A stretch of DNA of 64,000 nucleotides from Camelus dromedarius (lineage: Eukaryota): contig NC_087463.1 in the NCBI RefSeq assembly GCF_036321535.1, forward strand, positions 12,462,001 through 12,526,000, in the 5' to 3' direction. The stretch's first letter is position 1, and every line of letters begins with the position of its first letter. Under the pieces are notes generated by a model, which made no database searches, had not been told where the DNA came from, and saw only the letters and a list, made by a program, of their open reading frames with translations. The position numbers and the translations under genes are program-made. Positions 10,031 to 22,345 of the stretch are shown here, piece by piece.

Positions 10031-12422
10031 TTCACTGTCAATCTTTATTATAACAATTTACCCCAGATGGCTAATACTCGGTAATTTATTGACTAGAGAG
10101 CAGAATGTAAAATAGGAAAATAGTACGAAATACAACTTGGGAAGTAGATCTTTATTATATTCTGGGAGGCTTGAAACTCCCAGGTGAGGCATGTACACTT
10201 AATACGCTGGGTCATGGGGAATCACTGAGTATTAGGACAGAAAAGCCCTGTAGGCAGAAGCCAGGATCGTCCACTACGCTGAAGAATCCGTCAGCGCCCT
10301 CACGCAGGACGGAGCGGAAACTGCACCCCCACTGAGAGTTAATTGAATGAGTTCATTGGAAGGAGGTCACAAAATCAAGAGAAAAGCTGAACAACCAAGC
10401 CTCAGGAAGACGGGAAACCGAGGTGGCTCTACTAGACCAGGGCACCGGGAGCAGGACCTGGTGCGAAGTCTTTCCAAGATGCTTGTGTTGGGTCCGTCAA
10501 CGCCCAAGATCCTCTCCATCCAAGTTTCAAATTTCCAAGACAGAGGGTCTGTTAATCCATATGAGTCATTTGCTCATCATCTGGCCAAAGTTCGGAAGAG
10601 CATCTTGGTCAACAAGCCCAATGAGAATGCATGCAGTGGGGACAGAGAGTTTTCCAAGGAATTTCCGAAGATAGGTATAGAACTGAAAAGGCATCACAGA
10701 TCTTAAACTTAACCCTGGATCCCAGGGTTGCTCGGGAGCTCAAATACCAGGTAGCTCAGAGAAAGCCAACTTCACCCCCATCTTGCTTCAAGGCCTCCTC
10801 GTTGCTCAGACCACATTCGATATATTCTCCATGCTGCGGTCTTCCAAGCCTGTTTCACCTTATGGTTTTCCCTTCCATTTTAAGTCCTCAGTCCTCACAT
10901 TTTGCACAATCTTCCTGGCTTTCCTTCAACCACAGTTTGGATTTTTCGGTGACCTCTGCTCACCTGGTTGGTCTCCATGGTCCATTCAACTCACCTTTGC
11001 AGCCCTTCCATACATCCCCCTTCCCATCTGCCTCTCTCTCACCCGCCCTCCTCCTGCCTGGCCCCACAGACCTTCCAAGTAGGACTTGGGCAACCTGAAC
11101 AGAACTGTGTTTTAGGAAAATCAATGGGGCATCTGGGGCAGTGGGCTAGATGGGAAACTTCTACAAAATGTGAGTGTCTGAACTTGGAAGGAGCAGGGAA
11201 GGGAGAGCGAGCTAAAAGGAAATGAAAGACACCGACCACTGGCCGTGGTGGCTAGGCTGCCAGGGGAACCCACTGAGGTCACCGACGTCTAGATTCAAGG
11301 GTTTAAGGAGGAAAACGGGTAAAGAATGGGAAGCTGGGAATGCTTGACTCCTCTTTAAAGAATTTCTTTGATGAAAAAAGTTGCAGTGGGATCCAAAAAG
11401 TTGGTTAAAGTGGTAGAATCATGAAAAGTGGTATGTAAATATTTAGAACATTTTTCTTTAACTTAAAACATAAGTACATCTTTATTGGCCAGTATTTTGA
11501 GGCAGGGCTCAAGTTTTTGAGTAAGTGGCTTGACCTCTAATGAATCATCTTGGGGCATCTTGATCCTAAATATGTGGACCCAAAAGGGCGTGGTCTAGAA
11601 TGTCCAAATTCAGTTCTTTTAAAGAAAAGTAAGGACTTAAACACACTTATGAATCAATCTAATGTTAGGACCCTTCTCGATTTTGACTGTTTCTGCATGA
11701 ATTTTCTTACCTACATCGATTTTAAGAGCAATCTGCTTTTGAGTCATCAAAGCACTCAGCTTGTTTTCATAAAAGCATCTACTCTTTTTTACACTCCTTT
11801 ATCCGTTTACATAATATTTAAATAAATTAAAAAAACTAAAATGCAGAGTAGAGCTGGCATAAACAGGTTTGAGAAAAATATGTAATGGATACTTATTAAG
11901 GATACAGTTCACTCGTGCGAGCGGAAGTGTCTGGAGGTTCTAGAAAGACACCTTCCCAGCTGCCAGCATCCAGAGGGCAGCGAGCATCACTTACAGATTC
12001 TATCCATGGAGTGGACACTAGAGGTTAAATCTGGGGAGTCAGTGCGGTGGGGATCAGAAAGAGTTTGTAGATTCTGCGCTAGCTTGAAGGATCCCAAAGT
12101 CCCAACAGATTGGTAGTGCGCCATGTTTCCTGATTATTTGAAATCAGTTACATTAAGCAACATGGGGTTTTGTTTGTTTTTTTCTTTGTTTGACATGTAC
12201 AGGACATTTATTTAGTAGACTCGAGTTCCAATGTGGATTCTGGGAAATCTTTCTTCTTTTATTTCAGATTTCCACTAGCCTGCTTTCCCTTCATGACTAC
12301 ATGTATTGCGAGTGTTTACTTACTGTCTGGTTTCCTGTTAAAATCTATGAGTAATTGTGAGGGCAGAGTTAGGTTTATGTGGCCAGCCACTGAATTCCTG
12401 AGGCCTAAATCAGGAAGTCAGT

Positions 12423-12815
12423 AAATATTTGTTTAAGGAACAGTGATATACTTTGTTCTTGCTAAGGCCAGCCGAATTTCCAGCTCTCAGCAATTGCAAC
12501 TCTCAATAGTTCTAAACCATCCATGTCCTGACAGTGTGGTCTTTGCAAAACAAACAGGTGAAACCCCACTGTGCAATATTTGCAGATATTCCTGTATTAC
12601 CATCTGAAGGCCTATATCACAATGTCAATAAATATTTGTTTAATGAACAATGGTCTACTTCGTCCTGGCTGAGGTGAAGTTTCCAGCTGCCAGCGACTAC
12701 AACTTTAAATGATTCTAAACCATTCAGGTACCTACAGTGTATTCCTTACAAAACAAACAGATAAAACCTTCCCATACAACATTTGCAAATATTTATACAT
12801 AACCACCGGGTGACT
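12423..12815. repeat. Diverged tandem duplication, period 207 bp, about two copies
   Basis: aaatatttgtttaa at 12423 and 12630. ttctaaaccat...acagtgt...caaaacaaacag...aaacc...atttgca.atatt is colinear in both units. Confidence 0.85.
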
Positions 12816-12974
12816 TTCAATAGAATTGGAGGTTCGAGCTGGATGACCCTTCTTCAAAAATATATATTGGAATCAATAAACCTCCTTTTCCATGCTAGGC
12901 CCCAGCGCCGTCACTATATAACAGCAAAAGTCATTTCAAAAGGTTGCTTAAAAATCTGAGTTTGAGAATGTGAA

Positions 12975-13423
12975 TTTTTTTTTTGCTGATTTTCTGTTTA
13001 TTTATTTATTTTTAACATTTTTTTTTTATTGAGGTATAGTCATTTTACAATGTTGTGTCAAATTCCAGTGTAGAGGACAATTTTTTAGTCATATATGAAC
13101 ATACATATATTCATTGTCACATTTTTTTTCACTGTGAGCTACCACAAGATCTTGTATATATTTCCCTGTGCTATACTGTATAATCTTGTTTATGTATTCT
13201 ACATTTTGAAATCCCAGTCTGTCCCTTCCCACACCCCGCTCTGCTGGCAACCACAACTCTGTATTCTATGTCTATGAGTCTGTTTCTGTTTTATATTTAT
13301 GTTTTGTTTTTTTTAGATTCCACATATGAGCGATCTCATATGGTATTTTTCTTTTTCTTTCTGGCTTACTTCACTTAGAATGACATTCTTCAGGAACATC
13401 AACATCCACCTTGCTGCAAATGG
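12975..13423 (-). mobile_element. Camelid-type L1 3' end, same family as 3025-3561, running into a gap
   Basis: cattttacaatgttgtgtcaaattccagtgtagag...ctggcttacttcacttagaatgacattct is colinear with the copy at 3.0-3.5 kb. Confidence 0.9.
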
Positions 13424-13573
13424 NNNNNNNNNNNNNNNNNNNNNNNNNNNNNNNNNNNNNNNNNNNNNNNNNNNNNNNNNNNNNNNNNNNNNNNNNNNNN
13501 NNNNNNNNNNNNNNNNNNNNNNNNNNNNNNNNNNNNNNNNNNNNNNNNNNNNNNNNNNNNNNNNNNNNNNNNN
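13424..13573. other. Assembly gap (150 N)
   Basis: N run at the end of a young L1. Confidence 0.95.
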
Positions 13574-14798
13574 GTCTTTTTGAAGTAGGGTTCCTTCTGG
13601 ATAGATGCCAGGAGAATGTGAATTTTATAATAGGCCAAGAGCTTAACTTCCAGGGAATAGTTGCATCATGAATGACTATTTTAATTAAAAAGTAAAGACA
13701 CAGCATGTGCATTCACCAAGGACATATGACTGTTTTATTCTAGGCAGTGGGATTTCAGAAGCAATGCCTACAGGCAGCATTTGTTCTAGAATTTCATTCA
13801 TTCAAGTCAGCTCTTCCCCACCCACTTAATGCTTTCCAGTAACTGGAAGTAAATGGAATGGCAGTTGATTGCCATGGCACTTCCAAAGCTCTCTCTGTGA
13901 TGGACTCAAATACATAGTATAAAAAGTAACAAAATTTCATCATGCAAATATTTTCCAATATATCTCCTTATCATGGGTTTGTTATATGATTGCTTCTTGC
14001 CTGTAAACTGAAGCCCTTCCCCAGGATGTAGCTCTTTAAAGCCAATGCGCACCACTAGGAACGTTTTCTGCCTCACCCACAGTTTTATTTACTCCTTGTG
14101 CTCTCGTTGACAGCTGCTTCCCAAAGCCTCCTTTTATGTCAGATTCACTGACTTCTTCTCTCTCGTGCCTTTCCTATGCCTCTGCAAATAAACACACTAT
14201 ACAGGAATAGTAAAAGAATGCAGAGTAGAAATTCACTTTGGAGAGATTACTTTGATATTGGTGAAAATGCCACCTTTGTTTTGTCACACCGTCAGTCCAT
14301 GTGCTGCTCCTGACTTTTTTTTCTGCATCAGTACTTTGATCGAAGAACATAAAATCCAGGAGAGGAGAAAACCTGTTTCTCCTTTGTCTCTCTAAGTTGT
14401 TAATACCGTGGCAAAGGCACAGAAGGGCAGGCGATGAAATGTTTTGAATCATGGAGATGAACATCTCCTTATCTTTCGTCAGGCAACCAACAAGTTAACA
14501 CAGAACATTCACAAATCAAATAAATAAGAGCCCAAGAATAGAAAGTAGACAAATCCTGGAGTGTAATAGTGAACAATTGTATTGCTCTTATGATATAAGG
14601 GTAACCATGTGAATAAAAATGTTATTTTTTTAAACGAGAGGCCACTAATTGGAACTTTTTTTGTTCTTCAAACGATGACTGTAGCCAGCACATTTTCGTT
14701 TGAGATAACAAAATTCTTAATTCTCAGATGAGGGCAATGTGGTCTCTCAGGATTCCTGCTTTGAATTTAGACAGTGAGGACAGGAAATATGACAACAT

Positions 14799-14816
14799 GT
14801 CGCCACCTAGTGGACA
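14799..14816 (-). promoter_or_regulatory. Candidate CTCF site
   Basis: The minus strand reads gtCCACTAGGTGGCGa, matching 13 of 14 positions of CCASYAGRKGGCRS. Confidence 0.65.
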
Positions 14817-15009
14817 TTTCAGAAAACGTCTGGACATCCAGCTTCTTAATGCTGTATTTATTCTTAGGATCATAAAACCCAGGATTTGGGAGGACCTTCC
14901 ACGCGTCCCTATGCAGCACTCTTGTTTCACATGATCAGCCTAGGCTCTGAAATCACCAATGTTTGCATTGTAAAATCAGAGATCAACGCCAGAAGATAGA
15001 AATGAGAAA

Positions 15010-15205
15010 TGCCTAGCATTTATTGAGCATCTACTTTGTACCAAGCTTTACCTGGATTATCTCATATGATTGATGTATCTCTGACGTACATATCTCCCTA
15101 TTTTACAGATTAAGAAACCAAAGCATAAGACAAGTAACTCACCCAAGTCACTTGGTCCAAGGCTACGCAGCTGACATTTGATTGCAGAGCCCAGGTTCTT
15201 AACTG
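15010..15205 (+). mobile_element. MIR fragment
   Basis: agcatttattgagcatctactttg...ctattttacagattaagaaaccaaagc...aagtaactcacccaagtcac. Confidence 0.6.
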
Positions 15206-15224
15206 AACAGAGATCACCCCCTCA

Positions 15225-15350
15225 GTTTATCATGTGCGATTGGCCAAAGCAAGATGTAAGTCCAGCCCAAACTCCAGGGGAGGCAAATAGAGTTCACCTC
15301 TTGACTAAAACTGCAAAATCACACAAGCAAAGGGACCAAGTTCTGAAGAG
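15225..15350 (-). mobile_element. MLT1 LTR fragment
   Basis: cgattggccaaagcaagatgtaagtccagcccaaactccagggg...actgcaaaatcacac. Confidence 0.55.
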
Positions 15351-17559
15351 ATGAAGAATATTTGGGCCCATTAACACGATCTACTGCACCCTTCCTGGCC
15401 CATCATCTGCCCGGAGCCTGGACATACACCATACTCTAGCCCAAGTCCCCTAAGCCATCATGCCCCAAATTTCTATACTATTCAGGCAGTTCTAAGTTCA
15501 ATGGGACCTTTAGCCTCAGCCCATGGCTGCACCAGAATTAACTGTGCTTTGAAATTTGACCCTACAGTAATTTAATAAAGCAAAAAACATTTCGATTACC
15601 TAAGGAAAATTAAATATAAGGGATAAATAAATAGATGAAGAAACAGATGTCTTAGAAAGCATAGCTCTATGCTCAGCTGCCTAGTGGAGGCTGGGGGAAG
15701 GATGCAGACATTTGTCACTGGACTGCAGTTCTCATAACCTAGCACCGGGTACCCAAGCTATGCAGAGCAGAGGGAAGATTCGAGAAGATGGCAAACAGCG
15801 TAGAAGGCAGTAGAGCTAAACATGAAGAAGATAATCCGAAGAGCAAAAGGCTTGAGGCTCATGATCTTTCCTCCACGACCGCAAAAGGCTGTTGTGTGTG
15901 GGGGCATATCTGTACCGTTTGTGGTCCGTATGTGCTACAGGAGCAACCGCCATCAGCATCCACTCCGCTCCAGCTTCCTCGGTTTCCCTTTACTAATTTC
16001 TGTTCCTTTGAAACCTACTCTTATCACACACTTTAAATCTATTGCATTTCTATGACAAGAGTTTGGAAAGGGCTGTGACTTAAAGAATATACGATCTAAC
16101 TTGGTGTCGAACCACAGAACTGATGAATCTGGTTGCAGAAATGTTGAGCAGAAGCCTGGCTCGCGAAGATCTCACCACAGCGTTTCACTGGCATGCATGG
16201 GTCCACAGTAAATAGGACAAGATAGACTAGATTTGGAGCGAAATCCAAGGAGGTAGACAAGGAGCTCTGGGGAGGAAAAGTGCAATTAGGAAGACACAGC
16301 TCCTGCCCTGAAAATTAGCCACTACCCCAGTGTGTTTTGGAATCACAGTGCTTGTAAGTCATGTCTAAGACCCAGATGAAACCACCACTTTTCCATGAAC
16401 CTCAACTCGCTTCTGCAACCTCAGAAATTACTGTGCTGCTGTGCCTCTGACTCTTGGAATACTGAGAATCTGTACCACATAATTGAACACCTAATTGTAT
16501 TTTTTTCTAGTAATGCATGCTGTTTTTTTCAAGATGGTTAGTTTTCTATTCTTACCAGATTGCAAACCCACCAAGGCCTGGGAGTATATGTGTCTGCGTA
16601 GAATTGAATGAGACCTTCGAGATCTTTCTGTATAATCGTATCATTTCTACAGCTGGGAAAATCAAGGACTCACAAGTTGTGACTCGCCCAAGCCACACGG
16701 CCACTTAGTGTTAAGAAGACCTTAAAGTTCTATTTGTTTTATCTTCTTTTGATTGGGAAAGAACAGCTTTCTCCAGGGACTTTGTTACGTAGTATCTTGT
16801 TTCGTTTAGGATTTTGTCACCTTGAGACGTAGAAGTAGGAAGAGGCATAACCCTGTAGTTTAGCTGTCGGTATTTTTAGTGTGTGGACTAGTTATCGCTC
16901 TGTGCTAGTCAGCAAGTCTTGAATGTAGTAATGGCAGGATTCTATATTTAAATATTAAATTATTTCCCCCCGTGCAGAGGAAGGACCTAGAACCTAAAGC
17001 TTTTCTACAAGTGAGTCAGCGGATGAGCTAAGCCTTAACCATGGGTAAGAGTGAGCAGTTCAGACTGGCCTGGGCTGGCAGGACCAGAGAGAGAAAAAGG
17101 AGCATTGTAATAGGCTGAGTCTCGGTCTGGAGGCGGGAGTGCTGTGTTTTCTCTTTAAGGACCTAAAGCGAGAGATGCTTTCTTTCCAGCCAGAAGCCTG
17201 GCATGGTCCACGGGGGTCTGCCATCACCAGTCACATCCATTCTTGAGCTCGAGACGCTGGAACCTCAGTGGCTTCAGCCCTGACACCGGAAGTGGAGAAA
17301 GCCCAGACAGATCGTTGTATGTTTGCCCGTTTCTCCACTATTGCCAATAAATAACCCATTTACATTTTTTTACTAAAAAAATGATGCATATGGTTTGATA
17401 AGAGTAAGTGGGTTAAACAGGATTAACATAATCCTTCTTTAACCTCCCATCTGTTTAGAAACCATTCTCGAACACGAATACTCTTTCTTTGCATGAAACT
17501 GAGCTGTCCATCCAGTTGGATTCTCTCCAGAGGATTGAATTAGAGTCTATAAGTCTGGC

Positions 17560-19850
17560 TATTTTTATTTTTTGGTATTTTAACAACCATATGAAGGTGT
17601 AACTAACATACAGTAAACTGCAAATAACTAAAATTGACAACTTGGTACATTTTGACCTATGAACACACCTGTGAAATATCAAAATTTCCTTATAACTTCT
17701 TGTAATTGCTTTCTGTTATTCCCGCCCCGTGGTCCCCAGGCAACCACGGATCTGCTTTTGGTCCCTCTAGACTGGTTTGCGTTTTCTAGAATTTTACGTA
17801 AATGGTATCATACGTTAGATACCATTTCTGCTTTGTTTCTTTCACTCAGCAAAATCATTTTAAAATTCCTTCATGGTCATCACATAGTTCATTCCTTTTC
17901 GTTACTAGCTGGTATTCCATTGTGTGGATACATCACAGGTGGTTTATCCACTCACCTCTTGATTGACATCGCGGTTGTTTGCGGTACTTGGCTAAGATTA
18001 ATGCGGCTTTATGTATTCCTGAACCAGGCTTGGTATGGATATTCACCTCCATTTCTCTTAGGTAAATATCTAGGAGTGAAATGGCTGAATCACACGACTT
18101 GCGTTTGTTTAACTTTTTATGAAACTGCCAAACGGTTGCAGAATACTTGCACCATTTTACATTCCCACCAGCAAGTCGCTTCCCGCTCCTCCCTGTCCTT
18201 GGTGTGTGAGGGGACGTCTCATTTTGGCCTCTCTGTTTGATGTGTTGCAGTATCTCATTACGTTTCCAGTTTGAATTTCCTTAACGACTTATGATGTTGA
18301 GCATCTTTTTGTGAGTTAATTTGCAATTCATATGTCTTCTTTGTTAAAAAGTGTATTCAAATCTTTTGCCTATTTTTAAAAGGAGGATTTTTTCCCCTGT
18401 AATTTAGTCTCAAGAATCTTTATATATTCTGGATAAAAATTCTTTATCACATATGACATATAAATATTTGGTCATAGTCTTCAGTTTGGTTTTCATTCTC
18501 TTAACAATGTCTTTCCTAAAGCAGAAGTCTTTAAATTTGATGAAGTCTAATTTATAATTTGTTTTTTGATGTATTATGTTTTTGGACTCATGTTAAAAAA
18601 TTTGCCTTCCCCAAAGTCACAGTGGTTTTTCTCCTATGATTTTTTTCCCCAGTAGTTTTATAGTTCTGGGGTTTATGTGTAGGTACATGATCCACTTAAG
18701 TTAGCTTTTATATGTGGTATGGATATGGGTCAAAGTGGTTTTTAAATTTGTATTTCATATGCCGATAGCCATAAAAAGCCTATTTTATCAATAAATTGTT
18801 TTTGCGCCTTTGTTAAAAATCAGCTGCCCATGTATGTGTAGGTATATTTCTGGACCCTCCATTCCATTCCTTTGATTGATTTGTCTGTCTTTATGCCAAT
18901 ACCAACATTCTTGATTATTGACATTTTATAATGTCTTGATATAAGATGCTGTTAGTCCTCCAAATTTGCTTTTACTTTCAAAGTTGTTTTCAGTGCTTTA
19001 TGCCCTTTGCATTTTCACATGTTGCTCAAAATCAGCTTGTCAATTCCTACAAAAAGGTTGTTGGGATACTGTTGAATCTCTAGATGAAGTTGGGACAAAT
19101 TACCATCTTAACGTTATTGACTCTTCCAGTCAATGAAGAACATGATGTATTTCTATAGTTATGTAGGTCTTTTAAAATTTCTTATAGTAATGTATGATAG
19201 TTATTTTAATTTCAATTTCTGATTTTTCATTGCTTGTGTATAAAAATATATCGATTTTGTGTCTTGCTACCTTACAAAACCCACTTGCTATTTTAGTGTC
19301 TGTTGTTTTATAAATTCCATAGGATTTTCTACATAAATGGTCATGCTGTCTGCAAATAAGTTGTCTTTCAAACCTGGATGTCTTTTATTTTTCTTGTTGT
19401 GTTGTACTGGCTGGAACCTCCAAAAACCATGTTAAAGAGGTGAGAGCGGACATCCTTTCTTATACTTGAACTTAGGGTGAAAACATCTATTCTTTTTATC
19501 ACTAAATGCAATGATACCTGTAGCATTTCTGTAGTTGCCCTTAATCAGTTTGAGGAAGTCGCCTGCTATACAACACCCTGTGAATTAAAGGGTTTTTTTT
19601 TTTATTCTGGCTGAAGGGAAAAGGTCTTATTCCTGACTCTGAGTGAGTTCTGGACATTTTTTTATTAAAAAAAAGCCTACAGCCCATTGTCAGGTTGAGG
19701 AAATTTGCTTCTAATCCTAGGTCACTAAGAGTTCCTACCATGAGTGAATTTTGACTACTGCTTTTGCATCTCTTATTATGATCATATGGTTTTTCTTGTT
19801 TGGTGTAATAATATGGTAGATTACATTGATTGATTGATTGATTTTTAAGT
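17560..19850 (-). mobile_element. Old L1M (L1MC/MD/ME-like) 3' region, about 2.3 kb
   Basis: Typical antisense L1 ORF2-end/3'UTR text: gtattccattgtgtggata..., atgatgttgagcatctttt, tgaagtctaatttat, ctttatgccaataccaac, tgattattgacattttata. Confidence 0.85.
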
Positions 19851-22029
19851 GGAGAAAGTGTGGCACCCTTGTAGGACATGATTCTGAAACCTCATTCAGG
19901 CTCAGCAGGCAACACAAGGCAATGGATGAGTGATGCTCGAACATGGTAGCGGGGGTGGAATGGCCGCTCACGTGCCGTGAGATCGCCGTTTCATCCCTTA
20001 GTGGTGATGGATTCACTGAGAAAGTGATGCTTTCACCTGCCTCCTAGCAGCTGGCTTGCTGGTCACTTCCGCTGGTGAAATTCTTAGGTACAAATGCAAT
20101 GGTGACCTGAGAGCAGCTTCTGAACCCCCAACGGTATGCAATTTGAATTTCATTACATTTTAAAGTTATTCCAAAAAATGTTTACCCTCCTCTCAGTGAA
20201 AAAGCAAAAAAAAAAAATCTGATAGACAAACATCAGGCCAACGAATATATTGAAGGCTAGAGGTCCCATTTCTTCTGGATAAATTTATCCTTTTTTTCCT
20301 CAGTTTGGACCCCCTGGGGTGTGATATATCTGGAGAAATGTGTTTCCCTTTGAAGCTGTGGAGTGTTAACAAGATATTGGCATGGGGATTATTTTTGCCT
20401 ATGGCACACAGTCCCCCCTAACCCCACATGCCATTCCTTCTGTCCCCTGCAGAGAAACCACTGAACAGAGAGAGACGTGTTTCTGGTATGCATTACTAGA
20501 ATTGGGAATGAATTTCTTATTCTCACTGGTGGCTAGGTGCCGCTTAAATATTGCTTAAAGTGCTTTATACCGATGCACTATGGTTTAAATTATTTTTTGC
20601 TTTTCTTGGACCCTACCCTTTAGTGCTACCACTGTTTCTCTGGGGAAGTGTGTAACATGCATTAAATGATTGATAAAAGGGTTTTTAGAACTTAACCCAT
20701 TTGTAAGTCGGAGACGGCCTGGCTATTGTCCTGTTTCGTAATGCTAATACATATATGTCCTGTGTGTATTTAACAGTATGTGAAGGCATTTGGGAGGACC
20801 ATGAAAAAAGAAATTTAGTTTTCTTATGCGAGAAAATGAAGATTGTAGGAAAAAGAGTCTCAGACTGTTACCGAACTCTCTGAGACAGCTGAAATTGAAA
20901 TTGATTCTGGCAAGGCCATTACGGGGGTAATTGTCCAAAAGAACATTTTCTTACACAGGGAATTAGAGACAGGGAAAACATTATTAAAAGTAAAAATTCG
21001 TAGATTTTTGGGTCTGCCAGCATGTGTAGCAGCTCTTGTATCCCTTTATGGGATTAACAACTGAATTGAATTTCAGTTAGACTCGGATTTGGATCTGAAT
21101 TCCAAGTTGAAGAACCTTCGAGGAGGAGGGAGAAAAAAGGCAGAGGGGTTCAAGATGTTTTTTGACACAGTGAAACCACCCCCCCCACACCCAAATCACA
21201 TGTTTTACAAAGTTACAAAAAAAGGTAAAGTGAGGGGTTTTATTGCTTATATTAAATGAAAGATCAAAATGTTTTGATTTGTGCTTTAGAAAAAAAATCT
21301 GGTCATGATTCTGCAACCCAAATTCACCATATGTACGTGATTCTGCAAGTTAGATATGACAAGATATGAAAAATATGTCACTAAATCTTACGATTCAACG
21401 CGACAGCAAAACGGAGACTTGGTTGACTAATCCAGGAATGCGGATGTGTGTTTGTGAGCAAGTGTGTGTGTTTATTGTGTGTGCTGTGTCTTGTGTGGTA
21501 TGTGTTGTGGGTGTTGGGTGAGTGGATGTATTTTGAAAGGGAAGAGAGTGGGAAGATTAAAAATGTTAATTTGAAAAAGAAAGTTCTTGAATATCTGGAT
21601 GACAGTAGTTATTCCTATTAATTAATTTTGCCAAGTAATCAGTTTACTTTTTGCTTGACTTATATAGCTATGGTCCTCTGGATTTTTGTTTAAAAATGCA
21701 GCTGTATTGATACCACAGTTTCTACCACTCTGCGCTGACTTAAAGGAATAGTGATGCTATTCTGTCATGTAGATAGACATTTTTGGACCAGACAAGACGT
21801 GAATTCATTAACAGCTCATTTATTTACCATTATAAGTTTTGCATAAGTGAATTTTCCAGATAACCGACATTAAACCTACATAGGTTTTATTTTAACCATT
21901 TTAGTGGAAAGGTCTCAACTTTCCTTGTTTCTTAAATAAACCATTCTGATAAAGAACTGAGGTGAGTATCAGGTAATTGTGAGAAGGAAATCCTGTTACC
22001 TGGTGAACAGGAATTAGAATATAAAGTAC

Positions 22030-22345
22030 AATTTAAATGATTCTTTAACATGACATTTAATGATATGGAAAATGCTCGCTCTATAATGTTGAATGGCAAA
22101 AAAAGAGGTAAAGCTATATTCTGTATTATCTCAATAATGATCTACTGATAATGTTTGTACAGGGAAGAGTAGATCTTTTGATCTATTAAAAAAAATGATC
22201 TACATGTAGACTATGCCCAGGAAAATAAGAAACACTACAAACTGGTCCATAATTCTCTTTGAATGGGCAATTCAAGACAATTTTATTTTTTTTCTCATTC
22301 TTTTTTGTATTCTTCAGATTTTCTACAATGAACATTTTTATAATC
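22030..22345 (+). mobile_element. L1ME 3' end fragment
   Basis: atggaaaatgctc...ataatgttgaatgg...caattttatttttttctc...cagattttctacaatgaaca. Confidence 0.55.

Noticed and set aside
10347-10706. 119-aa plus ORF
   Set aside because: No recognised homology, no convincing exon boundaries, and overlapping alternative frames are equally open.
13326-13712. ORFs crossing the first N run (likewise 39505-39797 and 56702-57301)
   Set aside because: Their length comes from N codons, and the called parts are L1 or AT-rich sequence.
14174-14464. 96-aa minus ORF (MFISMIQNISSPALL...)
   Set aside because: No splice-site support or recognisable family.
17659-18240. 193-aa ORF, the longest gap-free ORF in the window
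   Set aside because: Lies within an old antisense L1; not a host gene.
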